A stretch of DNA of 64,000 nucleotides from Candidatus Aminicenantes bacterium (GCA_963702005.1 OY969696.1:3072001-3136000); one strand, 5' to 3'. Shown: positions 49,585 to 59,612, numbered from the stretch's first letter. Program-made: numbers and translations. Notes: generated by a model not told the origin, from the sequence alone.

Positions 49585-50154
49585 ATGGACAAAGTCGCGG
49601 TTTTCATTGACAACGGCTATTTCAAGAAGATACAGGACCATTTCAAAACGAGGGTAGATTACGAAAAGTTCTCGAACGAGATAGTCGGCCCCGGTTTCGA
49701 GCGGTTCAGAACCTACGTATACGATTGCCCGCCGTATCAGTCCAATCCGCCCATTCATGAGCAGTCGGTAATGAAGTCCCAGTTCGACTCGTTCAAGTAC
49801 AACATATCCCGCCTGCCCAGATTCGAATTCCGGACGGGCAGGCTCCAGCTCCTCAGGGATTCGAACGGGAACGTCATCATGAATGAAAACGGTTCTCCGG
49901 AATTCAGGCAGAAGGGGGTCGACATGGCCCTCGGCATCGACACAGCGAAACTTTCAAGCAAAGGTACGGTGCAAAAGATCATCATAGTGGCCGGAGACAG
50001 CGATTTCGTCCCCGCCATCATAGCCGCCAAATCAGAAGGCGTTCTCGTCACCCTATATTATTCCCAAATCGGCTACATTCACGACAGCTTGTACGAAGCA
50101 TGCGATGACCGGATAGAGTTAACGAAAGCGCTGTTCGAGAAATGCAAGCGATAA
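49585..50154 (+). CDS. NYN-domain (PIN fold) protein
   Basis: VFIDNGY, QKGVDM, AGDSDFVP. Confidence 0.92.
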   Translation: MDKVAVFIDNGYFKKIQDHFKTRVDYEKFSNEIVGPGFERFRTYVYDCPPYQSNPPIHEQSVMKSQFDSFKYNISRLPRFEFRTGRLQLLRDSNGNVIMNENGSPEFRQKGVDMALGIDTAKLSSKGTVQKIIIVAGDSDFVPAIIAAKSEGVLVTLYYSQIGYIHDSLYEACDDRIELTKALFEKCKR

Positions 50155-50220
50155 GGCGCGTTCCCGGCGTGCCGAGGCCGCCGCGGACGTTTGCCAGATT
50201 AGGCGGCTTTTTTCTTGCTT

Positions 50221-50577
50221 TCACCAGGGTAGATTGACCTCAATCGACGAAGCGTCCGGCAGCCTGTCCCCGACTTTCGGAGCAAGTCTATCTCCGAGGT
50301 ATCTTTCTACGCCGTCCTTCTGATGGCTTGGGACGCTCGCCCAGGTAACAAAAAGACCCAGATTCCTGAAGGCCAGAATCTGTGAATCCTGTCTATGTTG
50401 TGCGATTCTATCCCTGATGACGCCCTGCCCTGCTCTGACCGTATGCGACGGATTCCCCCCATGCCAGATGACGTAAACGCCTTCCATGCCGTCGAAATGA
50501 TCGTTAGACAAATTGACGGTGAGGAAGTCGCACCATGACTCGCCAGTGCATTTAATCCAATTCAAAGTAATCGGCAT
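50221..50577 (-). CDS. GIY-YIG-like small protein
   Basis: EGVYVIW...VRAGQG.IRDRIAQH...VE. Confidence 0.55.
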   Translation of the reverse strand: MPITLNWIKCTGESWCDFLTVNLSNDHFDGMEGVYVIWHGGNPSHTVRAGQGVIRDRIAQHRQDSQILAFRNLGLFVTWASVPSHQKDGVERYLGDRLAPKVGDRLPDASSIEVNLPW

Positions 50578-50618
50578 AATGTCCCCTTTAAAAAAATGTG
50601 CTTACGAATTAAAAAGCT

Positions 50619-50846
50619 CTACTTCTTTCCCTTATCCGGCTTCTCCGGCGGCTTCCTTGGCGGAGGAGGGGGCACAAAGCCTTTCTTCTCTGGAGGCTCC
50701 GGTTTCTTTGGAGGTCCCGGAGGCACGTAACCTTTCCTGATATCTACTTTTTTATCTTCCGACATGTGTGCCCCCTTCATTAAGCGAGGGTTCTGGGGAC
50801 AAAAGCCTCCCTGGATTTTCGCCAGTATCTTTTTCTCTTCCGACAT
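50619..50846 (-). CDS. Small Pro/Lys-rich peptide (alternative start 50765)
   Basis: Repeated G[YF]xP(P) units; GGAG RBS. Confidence 0.45.
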   Translation of the reverse strand: MSEEKKILAKIQGGFCPQNPRLMKGAHMSEDKKVDIRKGYVPPGPPKKPEPPEKKGFVPPPPPRKPPEKPDKGKK

Positions 50847-50857
50847 GCTTTACTCTC

Positions 50858-51307
50858 CTAATGCGGCATGTTCTTGGATACGAAGACCACGAGGAGAATC
50901 ACTCCAAGAATGAAAGCCGCTATCGAAGTTATGTTCAGGCCGAGCGTCCACTGGGCGGCTTTGTTTTTTTCGCTCTCTCTTTTCTTCCCGTCGAAAATCA
51001 CTTTCTCCAGGATTTCGATTTGCTTGCGACAGGCGCACTGACTGACCAGGAAAGAAATCAACGTGGAGAGCAGGCTTGTGCCGAAGCCCGCCCATGCGAC
51101 CAGCAGCCAGGCGAATGTACCCTGCCTAATGGCAGGGACGATTTCCTTGACAAAGGCGAGGGAAAAGCCGAATGCGCCCGCGGCGAGCGTCAGGATGGTC
51201 TTGTCGAACTTATGGGTTTCTTCGGCCTGTGATTGGATGAGCTTCGCCCGTTCATCGAGGTAGACCTTATATTCGTCTTCCCGGCTTCGGTTCTCTTCGC
51301 ACATCAC
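50858..51307 (-). CDS. Three-TM membrane protein
   Basis: FDKTILTLAAGAFGFSLAF and two further hydrophobic helices. Confidence 0.75.
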   Translation of the reverse strand: MMCEENRSREDEYKVYLDERAKLIQSQAEETHKFDKTILTLAAGAFGFSLAFVKEIVPAIRQGTFAWLLVAWAGFGTSLLSTLISFLVSQCACRKQIEILEKVIFDGKKRESEKNKAAQWTLGLNITSIAAFILGVILLVVFVSKNMPH

Positions 51308-51585
51308 CTAACCCGAAAATAACTATAAGCCGCCTCTTAGCCGATGTCAATTTTATTTAGAAATAAGCTACGCCTTCTTCCTCCCCGTTCCCTAATGGAA
51401 AGCAAGAATTTGTGCAAACGCAATACGATAGGCTTTTTCCAGCAGCTAATAAAATGAGCCGATCTTAAAACCTGTTTGGAGCCGAATTGTTTTCTCTTTA
51501 TGTTTAAACATTTATATAGTTTTTATCGGCATTTCTGGCATTCCGTATAAACAAGGCTTAAAACGCTTTCGGTCAACATATTTTC

Positions 51586-52620
51586 ATGCCCGGCGAGGAA
51601 AGGATCATAAAAAACGCGGAAATGCTGAACGACGCGTACCTCATCGGCAATCCGCTCGCAAGGGATTTCCAGCTAAAGGAACTCACATCGTGCCTGCGTC
51701 CCGCGCTCGAAGGGAAAAAGCCCGCGCATGCCTGGCTGTACGGAAGGCCTGGGACCGGGAAGACGCTGGTCGCGAAATTCGTCCTGAGAGAGCTGAGCAG
51801 AGAAGGACTTCTGGGCGGGATATACGTCAACTGCTGGGAGAACAATTCCTATTACGCGGTTCTCGACAAGCTCGTCCGCGAGCTCCGCATCCTGGGCGCG
51901 GAGAAGCTCAATACGGCGTTCAAGCTGGAGCGCTTCCGTAATTTCGTGGGGTCTCGCCCCTTCGTCATCGTCCTCGACGAGGTAGATCAGGCCAGGCGGC
52001 TGGAAAGGGACGCGCTTGTCTACAATCTCTGCGGCATCGGCAAAGTGGGGCTCGTCCTGATAAGCAATTCCGCTGACGCGTTCCTGGCGCTTGACGACCG
52101 GATAAAATCTCGCCTGAACGCAATGACCCTGGAATTCGAATGCTACAGCCCAGGCCGGCTCATGGGCATTCTCCGGCAGCGCGTCGAGCTTGCGCTGGCA
52201 GCCGGAACCGCGGACGAGGCGGTGCTGTCCAAGGTCACGGCGCTTTCCGAGGGCGATGCGCGCATGGCCTTCAAGATTCTAAAACAGGCGGCTCAAAACG
52301 CGGAAGCCGATGGTTCCGCGGCGATTGGCATGGACCACGTCATTTCGGCCCATACGTCTGCCAGGGAAATCAGGAAAGATGCCCTTTTAGCCAGGCTGTC
52401 GTCTCACCACAGGCTTCTTTACGACCTGGTGCGGCAGAAGGGCGAGGTCAATTCCGGCGAACTCTGGGAGGCTTATCTGGCCGAATCATCGCGCTTGGGG
52501 CGGCCGGCCATCGCTCTGCGCACGTTCTCCGAGTACATGAATCGGTTGATCGAACTGGAGCTCGTCCAGTGGGACCGGGCGCTGGTCAGGGGAAAGGTGA
52601 GGGTGTTTAAGCTGTCTTAG
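51586..52620 (+). CDS. cdc6: Orc1/Cdc6-family AAA+ replication initiator with C-terminal wHTH
   Basis: RDFQLKEL, YGRPGTGKT, YVNCW, IVLDEVD, LDDRIKSRL, GDARMA; tail SGELWEAY...RTFSEYMNRL. Confidence 0.88.
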   Translation: MPGEERIIKNAEMLNDAYLIGNPLARDFQLKELTSCLRPALEGKKPAHAWLYGRPGTGKTLVAKFVLRELSREGLLGGIYVNCWENNSYYAVLDKLVRELRILGAEKLNTAFKLERFRNFVGSRPFVIVLDEVDQARRLERDALVYNLCGIGKVGLVLISNSADAFLALDDRIKSRLNAMTLEFECYSPGRLMGILRQRVELALAAGTADEAVLSKVTALSEGDARMAFKILKQAAQNAEADGSAAIGMDHVISAHTSAREIRKDALLARLSSHHRLLYDLVRQKGEVNSGELWEAYLAESSRLGRPAIALRTFSEYMNRLIELELVQWDRALVRGKVRVFKLS

Positions 52621-52646
52621 TATGTTATATTATTTATAAGAAAATA

Positions 52647-53375
52647 ATGCCCAAAAAGAATATACCTAATAAATTAATTATTTCATTTATTTTTTCTTAC
52701 TTTAAACTATTGGCAATGGCTTTTATCATCTATTTAGTATGTATTATTACTTTATCAACTATACTTGCGTATAAATATGAAGAATTTGTATTAAAAAAAG
52801 AATCACTCTTATCATTTTATTTTTTGATACCATTTAGTCTCGGAGTACTTATTGAACTTAATAATGAGAAATATAAAAAATCGATTTCATTAATTTACGG
52901 ATATTTATTGGGATTATTTGCTGGAATATCACTTGCAGCATCTATTCTTTATGGATTTATTTTTGGAATAATAATATTACTAATTTTTATTCTTGGGAAA
53001 CATATAGGTGGTTTTTGTCAGAGATATTTTTTTAAGCCGATACATACCTTTATTAAACCCTATATTTCATCAATATTGTTTAATTTAAAAATAATCATTG
53101 GGTATATTTTTCTTTGCACAATAATTTCCTTCTTATTTGCCTTAGTCTTTGCTCAATTGCAGCTTCATAATTCATGTAATTTTGGCTCCTTAGCTGGCCT
53201 TTTTTCTCATTTCATCAATTCATTTCTCAACATGATATCCTTTGGAAATATAGGAATTAAGGCAGATTGTGAAGTAATTAGTAAAATTCATCTTGTTCAA
53301 TATTTCATTTTTTCGCTAGTGACGATAATATTTGGAATTTTATTAATCAGGCCAAAATTAAAAACACAGAATTAA
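52647..53375 (+). CDS. Very AT-rich membrane protein, possibly ion-channel-like
   Basis: Multiple TM helices; SFLNMISFGNIGI resembles a degenerate pore loop. Confidence 0.65.
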   Translation: MPKKNIPNKLIISFIFSYFKLLAMAFIIYLVCIITLSTILAYKYEEFVLKKESLLSFYFLIPFSLGVLIELNNEKYKKSISLIYGYLLGLFAGISLAASILYGFIFGIIILLIFILGKHIGGFCQRYFFKPIHTFIKPYISSILFNLKIIIGYIFLCTIISFLFALVFAQLQLHNSCNFGSLAGLFSHFINSFLNMISFGNIGIKADCEVISKIHLVQYFIFSLVTIIFGILLIRPKLKTQN

Positions 53376-53462
53376 GCAATATTATCTACCTAGACTGCTT
53401 CAATTTCCTATAATGAATTCTTTTCTCAGAGGAAGGTTCATAATTTTATTGCCTTATCTAAT

Positions 53463-53525
53463 TTAGTCCGCTGGGACCGGGCGCTGGTCAGGGGGAAGGT
53501 GAGAGTGTTCAGGCCAACAGACTGA
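53463..53525 (+). repeat. Duplicated 3' end of cdc6
   Basis: Encodes LVRWDRALVRGKVRVFRPTD*, versus LVQWDRALVRGKVRVFKLS* at 52561-52620. Confidence 0.85.
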
Positions 53526-53598
53526 CCACTTAGCACTTTCTCGGTTCTTTTTAATATAATTAAAGACGGAAATAAATGAATCCGTCAAGGGGACATAA

Positions 53599-55794
53599 AT
53601 GAACAATCATTCAAAAGACGCAGATTATCTAGATAAGATAAGACAGGCTCATGATCACGCTCTTCAGGAAAAAGAAACGATAAAGAGAAAGATTGAAACC
53701 GCTATTTCCGATATAGATGTAATTGAATTACTAGCGCATATTGCATTTATCTCACAATACGTTCCCGAGAATGACCACACTATTAATCAGAGTATGCGGG
53801 AATACCCTTCTCTGCATTATTTAGCCGGGTTATCCTTGAAACAGCATCTCGTTAGCACAAGGCCTCCGGAAAATCGGGAGGTCGAAGCCATCTCAGAAGA
53901 CGTCAACCGATATTTCATTTCATATATGCAGGATATAACCCTACAAAGCTTTAAAAAAGAAAAGGCATCAGACGAGGACGGATTAATCCTTCAAGCTAGA
54001 ATCCAAAAAATGTTACGGCAGACAAGTGCGATGATGTATCCGTTCCAAGTAGAAACCCTAATTCATGGCTTATTCTCTCAATTTGATGAGTATTTCTTGA
54101 CAAAGGCTGGCTTCAGAGCGTCCACGGCCCTAGAATTCGGTACGAAAATAATCAAGCGGTATGAAAGGATGGCCAATAATAGATATGAAGAGGTGGGATC
54201 AGCAAGAAAGAGGGCCGCTGAAGAATTAAAAGATCCTGTCAAAGGGTCAGCTATCAGAGCGACTATGGCCGATTCTTTATCAGATGAAGACTTGCTAACT
54301 TCCTATACGGCCTTCTTATTGTTCACTAACATCAAAGAAATGTTTCTTTTCAATCCGGAATTGCTATGTAGGGAAGAAGGTATTTCGGATTCGTCAGAAT
54401 TCGCCAATTATGTGAATGCTCTAAGTTGCGAATTCGGTTCAAATCAAGATTTTAATGATCCGCTTGATAGCAACATCATATCCATCAAGCCATTCATTAA
54501 GGTAAATGGCGACGCCTTTTTTGTTCCAATATTTCAGGACTTGATCCATAATCTTCCGCTTATTCTGGAATCCCTCCTTGAACAAGATAAGTTAGCACAA
54601 TCAGGGATCTGGCAGAGATACCAATCTAGCCGAGCTAACTTTATCGAGGGCCGAATTTGCGATTTTCTTTCCAGGTTGTTTCCCAATGCAAACATATTTA
54701 GGAATGTAAAATATGTTTATCAGGGGAACGAATGCGAAGCGGATATTATCGTCCTTTATGACAACAAAATATTTTTAGTTGAAGCAAAAGCGGGCTCTTT
54801 TAGAGAACAGGCGCAACGTGGAGGAATCGAAAGCCTAAAGAAGGACCTAAAGAAACTGATCGAGGAGGCATATCAGCAAGGGAGGAGGACAGCCGCTTAT
54901 CTAAAATCAAATGAAATCTCGACTTTTTCGTATTCCCAAGGCAATAAGATTTTGGAGATTAAACAAAACAATCAGACCACATTCATCATAGGGGTTACTC
55001 TAGAGCCCCTCATGAGCCTCGCTATCGGCTTGAAGAATCTTAGGTCGTTGGGGCTTTTCATTGAAAATGAGTATCCGTGGTCAGTTCAAATCAATGAACT
55101 GGATTTAGTTACGCGCCATCTTCCTTCTCCGACTATTTTTATTCACTACTTAGAAAGCCGTCTTCGGGCCATAGACGAAAATGTTTTTCATGCCTACGAC
55201 GAACTTTCGTTTCTTGCCTGGTATCTCAGAAAAGGGAACTTTTTAGTTCCATATGACAAGGACGACAAACAGCCAAATCTTTTGGAGATCGGGTCCGATT
55301 GGACAACGCCCTTCGATGAGCATTATCTCTTTGGTAAGGAAAAGCCGGAACTAGACATCGAAGATGATTTGCTAAAAATCATACGCATCTTAGAATATCT
55401 AAATCCGATTGGCTACTCGGACATCGCAAGCGCGCTCTTAGATTTCGACCATGAAGCAAGAAGACTAATCATCGCGAAGATTAACGACTTAATATCGTTA
55501 TCGAAAAGCGACCGGGAACCTCATGATTTTTCCGTAATCTATAAGGAAGATTTGGATACCGGCCTTAGCTTCATGACACTTGTAGGGAGAGACGGATTAA
55601 AAGAGCGTCTGGGCTCCTACTGTGCCTTGAAAAAATACCAAACTAAAACAAAAAGATGGCTCGGATTAGGACGAGATGTTCAGGATGACAGATGGTTTGT
55701 AAATGATTTCGCTTATTTCAATTTTCCTTGGGAACTCAATTCAAAAATGGACGAATTGCTCCGCGCTTTTCCCATGAGGGATAAAAGCACATAA
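53599..55794 (+). CDS. Large protein with NERD/PD-(D/E)XK nuclease-like domain
   Basis: FRNVKY...CEADIIVLYDNKIFLVEAKAG...AYQQG. Confidence 0.78.
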   Translation: MNNHSKDADYLDKIRQAHDHALQEKETIKRKIETAISDIDVIELLAHIAFISQYVPENDHTINQSMREYPSLHYLAGLSLKQHLVSTRPPENREVEAISEDVNRYFISYMQDITLQSFKKEKASDEDGLILQARIQKMLRQTSAMMYPFQVETLIHGLFSQFDEYFLTKAGFRASTALEFGTKIIKRYERMANNRYEEVGSARKRAAEELKDPVKGSAIRATMADSLSDEDLLTSYTAFLLFTNIKEMFLFNPELLCREEGISDSSEFANYVNALSCEFGSNQDFNDPLDSNIISIKPFIKVNGDAFFVPIFQDLIHNLPLILESLLEQDKLAQSGIWQRYQSSRANFIEGRICDFLSRLFPNANIFRNVKYVYQGNECEADIIVLYDNKIFLVEAKAGSFREQAQRGGIESLKKDLKKLIEEAYQQGRRTAAYLKSNEISTFSYSQGNKILEIKQNNQTTFIIGVTLEPLMSLAIGLKNLRSLGLFIENEYPWSVQINELDLVTRHLPSPTIFIHYLESRLRAIDENVFHAYDELSFLAWYLRKGNFLVPYDKDDKQPNLLEIGSDWTTPFDEHYLFGKEKPELDIEDDLLKIIRILEYLNPIGYSDIASALLDFDHEARRLIIAKINDLISLSKSDREPHDFSVIYKEDLDTGLSFMTLVGRDGLKERLGSYCALKKYQTKTKRWLGLGRDVQDDRWFVNDFAYFNFPWELNSKMDELLRAFPMRDKST

Positions 55795-55972
55795 TTCTTT
55801 ATTCGCACAAACCGCATCCTCCCTCCTCAATCCTTTTCTTCCCCCCTGCCTTCCTACTTCCCATGGATTACAGAAAACTTGACGAGCTCCCCGCCTGGGT
55901 CAAGCTCGTGAACAGGCTTCTTCATGGCCAGGAGACTCTTGAAGACGTCAGGCCATACAGGGAGGCGAAGGG

Positions 55973-56194
55973 ATGAACGAGATCCACATTCTGGATATAA
56001 GGATTATTGGAGCTGGAATAGTTTTCATAGCCTTTGCGCTGATCGTGGTTGCTGGATTCGCGCTCGGCCCTTATCTTGAGGTGGTTTCTCCTTACGATGG
56101 AAAGCTTTTGATAATTGCATCTTCGATTTCTCTTGGGGTCATGATTGCCACTGCCTGTTTCATAATCTACTCTATGTTCAAACGCAAAGAATGA
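55973..56194 (+). CDS. Small two-TM protein
   Basis: 73 aa, hydrophobic; GGAGG upstream. Confidence 0.6.
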   Translation: MNEIHILDIRIIGAGIVFIAFALIVVAGFALGPYLEVVSPYDGKLLIIASSISLGVMIATACFIIYSMFKRKE

Positions 56195-56337
56195 GCTTCT
56201 TCTGAAAGCTTTATAAGCATAAAAGGCAATATATAAACAGACCTACGGCGCTACATTTTACGTTGCTGGCTCAGTCCCAGCGTAAAACGCATTGTGTAGC
56301 GCTAAGGTATTTAAAAACCAGAGGGGGTTTGATACCT

Positions 56338-57522
56338 ATGATGCGCCTCGATGCACATAAGTACAAAGAAAGAATTGAGCGGTTTTTTGAGAAGCTTGAA
56401 GACAGTCCGATGAATGAAGAAGACAAGAAAATCCTCGATAAATATAGAGATTACCTCGTTTCTGAGGGGATAACCTTAGGCAGGGTGGCCAAATACCTCC
56501 ACGACTTAAACAAAGCTTCAGGACTCTTGGGCAAAAAGTTCGGAGAAGCGGATGAGGGGGATATCAGGACGATCGTAACCATTTTCGACAAAAATGAGAA
56601 ATACTCTCCCTGGACAAAGCGCGATTTCAAAATAGCCCTTCGTAAATTCTACACCTGGCTGCGCGGGACGAAGACATATCCTCCTGAAGTGGCTTGGCTG
56701 CGGGTCCATGTAAAGATCAGGAACACCAAGACGGCAGAAAACATGCTCACAGAGGAGGAGGTAAAAAAGCTTATTGATCATGCGCCTGGCGCTCAGGAAA
56801 AGGCATTCATTGCGACGCTTTACGAAAGCGGCTGCAGGATAGGAGAACTGATTTACCTGAAAACAAACCAGGTCAAATTCGACGACTTCGGAGCTCAACT
56901 ATTCGTGACGGGCAAGACGGGCTTCAGAAGGGTGAGAGTGATCGCGTGCGTCCCCTATCTCATCGAATGGACAAACAAACATCCGTTGAAGCACGATTCA
57001 GAAGCGTACCTCTGGATAAATAGAAAGCTTGAACCTTTCGATTACAACGGGATAGCTCAGACGCTTTACCGCATCGCAAAAAAGGCGGGCATCAAAAAGA
57101 ACGTAAATCCCCATAACTTCAGGCATTCGCGGGCGACCTATCTGGCGAATTTTCTGACCGAAGCCCAGATGAAAGAGCATTTTGGATGGACGCAGGACTC
57201 GAAAATGGCGGCAGTCTATGTCCATTTGTCCGGTCGAGACGTGGACAAGGCTCTTCTGAAGGTCTATGGAATCGAAAGCGCTGAACAGAAGAAAGAAAGC
57301 ATTTTCAAACCGAAAGAGTGCGCCCGCTGCCGCCTCTCTAATCAGGCAACCAACCGCTTCTGCTCCCGCTGCGGCCTCCCCCTGGACGAAGAAGCCAAGG
57401 CCGAGGTCATGAGGAAGGACATGGAGCGGGAAAAGGCGGACCAGGTGCTGGACAAACTTATCGAGGACCGGGAGTTCAGGGAGATGTTTGTACAAAAACT
57501 ACAGAATTTTAAGCGGCTCTAG
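56338..57522 (+). CDS. Tyrosine integrase with C-terminal zinc ribbon (archaeal-type architecture)
   Basis: SGCRIGE, GKTG, NPHNFRHSRAT, FGW, VYVHLS; CARC...FCSRCG. Confidence 0.93.
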   Translation: MMRLDAHKYKERIERFFEKLEDSPMNEEDKKILDKYRDYLVSEGITLGRVAKYLHDLNKASGLLGKKFGEADEGDIRTIVTIFDKNEKYSPWTKRDFKIALRKFYTWLRGTKTYPPEVAWLRVHVKIRNTKTAENMLTEEEVKKLIDHAPGAQEKAFIATLYESGCRIGELIYLKTNQVKFDDFGAQLFVTGKTGFRRVRVIACVPYLIEWTNKHPLKHDSEAYLWINRKLEPFDYNGIAQTLYRIAKKAGIKKNVNPHNFRHSRATYLANFLTEAQMKEHFGWTQDSKMAAVYVHLSGRDVDKALLKVYGIESAEQKKESIFKPKECARCRLSNQATNRFCSRCGLPLDEEAKAEVMRKDMEREKADQVLDKLIEDREFREMFVQKLQNFKRL

Positions 57523-58083
57523 TTAATCTACCTTCTTTTTTCCCAAATAAGGAAACCCGCAAAAAAAACAACGGACTTTTTCTGTCCAATCTTCGCGTAT
57601 TTTAATCTTCCGCTTGCAACAGGGCAATTCAACTATTTCCATATCATTTGTTTCGGGAGAGATCCAAGGCTCCTCCATTTTCATTTCTTGCGCATCAATT
57701 TTTATTGAAAATAATCCAGACGAAGACCCGCCGAAATTTCTCTTCAACGGCCTGATAAGTTCTTCGTTGATTATTCTATTCGCTAGGTTTTTCGCAAAGA
57801 CGCCGATATAAGCCATTTGTTCATCGGTCCACCAATTACTGGCCGCGGACACTTGCCCGCAATAAGGGCAGAAGAATTCTGGCTCGGGCTTTCCACCCTC
57901 TTCTTGTTTAACTTCATCAGCTTTATTATCGAGCATAAAGTTCTCGACTCCCTTTTTAGCCAGGTTTTCGAGTTCTTTCTCATCAAGCAATACTTTGAAC
58001 TCCCTCCGGCATAAAGGACACAGCCTGCGGAAAAATCTTTCATCGTCCGTAGGAAGAGGAACACTCATTTCAATGTGGCTCAT
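57523..58083 (-). CDS. Zinc-ribbon protein
   Basis: CPLC, CPYCG, PCC, CFFCG. Confidence 0.75.
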   Translation of the reverse strand: MSHIEMSVPLPTDDERFFRRLCPLCRREFKVLLDEKELENLAKKGVENFMLDNKADEVKQEEGGKPEPEFFCPYCGQVSAASNWWTDEQMAYIGVFAKNLANRIINEELIRPLKRNFGGSSSGLFSIKIDAQEMKMEEPWISPETNDMEIVELPCCKRKIKIREDWTEKVRCFFCGFPYLGKKKVD

Positions 58084-58864
58084 TTCCCGCTCCTTTTATT
58101 TGTACAAATCGCCTTATTATTGCGGTTGCCAGGCTTGAAGATATGTTAATGGCCAACTCCGCTATATATGCCGATGTCTGGGGCGGGAATTTCCCTTTTC
58201 CATGTGCGTCTCCAAGAACGTTTCGCAGACCCCCGAGATTGGTGATTAATCCCGTCAATGCATTTAGAACACGGGTCAGCTCTTCGCTTGCATCTATCTT
58301 ATCAAAATCAAGAAGTGCGCGAGTGGACTTCCATAAATCAGATAATTGTTTCTTCTCAGGCAAAGGCCTCTTGCATTCGTCATGACAAATTCGCATCGTA
58401 CTTTCGAGACAGCTTATGCTCCGAGTTACCGCATTTTCGAAATTTCCGTCCCTTATGGCCGTTCTTGCTTTCTCAATGTCCTGGAATGCGGCGAAAAATC
58501 CATGTTTTTCGAAGAGTCCTCTCGCTGTCGTCACGATTTGTCGAGTTGTTTCGGCGGTCGGCAATTCGCATTTTTTACAATAATCTAGATTCGTGTCTCT
58601 ACGCCGTATTTTGCAGAATAGGTTGTGAATGTGATACGCGTTATGCCTCCAGATTTGAATACTGGGAGTGATCGCGTCACAACCAACTTCTCTATATACC
58701 TTGCCTACGGGACATTCAAGGCAAATCTCCGCTGATACTTCGTTCGTATTGTGCTCCCCGCCGGTCTGTTTGGCCGCTCTACAAATCAGCGTCCCCATTC
58801 CGATTTCTTGAAGATGGCAACTTATGTCGTCTTGCTCGGAAGGTCCCTTTTTCTCATCAGTCAT
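58070..58864 (-). CDS. Abortive-infection C-terminal (Abi_C/HEPN-like) protein with Cys-rich N-terminus
   Basis: AVTRSISCLESTM; LRNVLGDAHGKG (R-x-H); AELAIN. Confidence 0.78.
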   Translation of the reverse strand: MTDEKKGPSEQDDISCHLQEIGMGTLICRAAKQTGGEHNTNEVSAEICLECPVGKVYREVGCDAITPSIQIWRHNAYHIHNLFCKIRRRDTNLDYCKKCELPTAETTRQIVTTARGLFEKHGFFAAFQDIEKARTAIRDGNFENAVTRSISCLESTMRICHDECKRPLPEKKQLSDLWKSTRALLDFDKIDASEELTRVLNALTGLITNLGGLRNVLGDAHGKGKFPPQTSAYIAELAINISSSLATAIIRRFVQIKGAGNEPH

Positions 58865-58994
58865 TAAAAGCCCCTTTAATTGTTAATTCATACGGAATTA
58901 TATTCGTTTTCTCCCGTTTATTAAAGCCTCTTTAAAAGCATAATCCGCATTGCTTCTCGGCCAGACTTTAAAAGAGGTCTGTCAATCGGCATAC

Positions 58995-59144
58995 ATGAAT
59001 TCGGCGAATCCCCGGAAGACGGTCGCTTTCGCCTGTCCAGGCTGCCTGACGACATTCCATCTTTATATCTGGGAAATCGAGGAAGGCGCTCCGAAATGTA
59101 ACTACTGCATGATCCCCCTTGAGAGGGTGAAGAATCGGAGGTGA
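58995..59144 (+). CDS. Small zinc-ribbon protein
   Basis: CPGC...CNYC. Confidence 0.5.
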   Translation: MNSANPRKTVAFACPGCLTTFHLYIWEIEEGAPKCNYCMIPLERVKNRR

Positions 59145-59147
59145 AGG

Positions 59148-59612
59148 ATGAATCTCAACGAAATGAGTCATGAGAGGCAGGTGGGCTATCTGCGGTCGGT
59201 TTTGAGGTCGGGGAAAGGCACTCTGACGGGCTTTATGGCGCTGTTCGCGTTCCGCCATCATCTCGCATCGAAGCATTCGCCCGACTTCTCGCAGAGCCCG
59301 GTGCTGCGCTGGTATCTGGGCCAGCTCGCGAAGGAATACATCAAGCGCTACTACGCTGAAGCGAAGAGCACGCTGGAGAACTTCGCCGAGATCGGCCTGC
59401 TCGAAGCGAAGGGCGACGCCGAAGAGGTCCAGAGGGAATTCCGGCTGAACGAAGCTTTCTTGCCTGCCCTTCAGGAAGTGCTCGAAGAGATCTTCGGCAA
59501 CGAAACCGTCGCAGACGCAGTCGCCAGGGCCAAATACTACAGGGACCCTGCCTCGGCAAAGGAAAGGCCGCATGCTCGGAAGGATTTCAAGAATGCAGAG
59601 GTGGGAAAATGA
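59148..59612 (+). CDS. Hypothetical protein, wHTH-like
   Basis: GGAGGTG RBS; TLENFAEIGLLE. Confidence 0.65.
   Translation: MNLNEMSHERQVGYLRSVLRSGKGTLTGFMALFAFRHHLASKHSPDFSQSPVLRWYLGQLAKEYIKRYYAEAKSTLENFAEIGLLEAKGDAEEVQREFRLNEAFLPALQEVLEEIFGNETVADAVARAKYYRDPASAKERPHARKDFKNAEVGK

Noticed and set aside
56265-56280. tRNA D-arm-like fragment (TGGCTCAGTCC)
   Set aside because: Too short, with no T-arm or anticodon arm; kept only as the loop of the reported hairpin.
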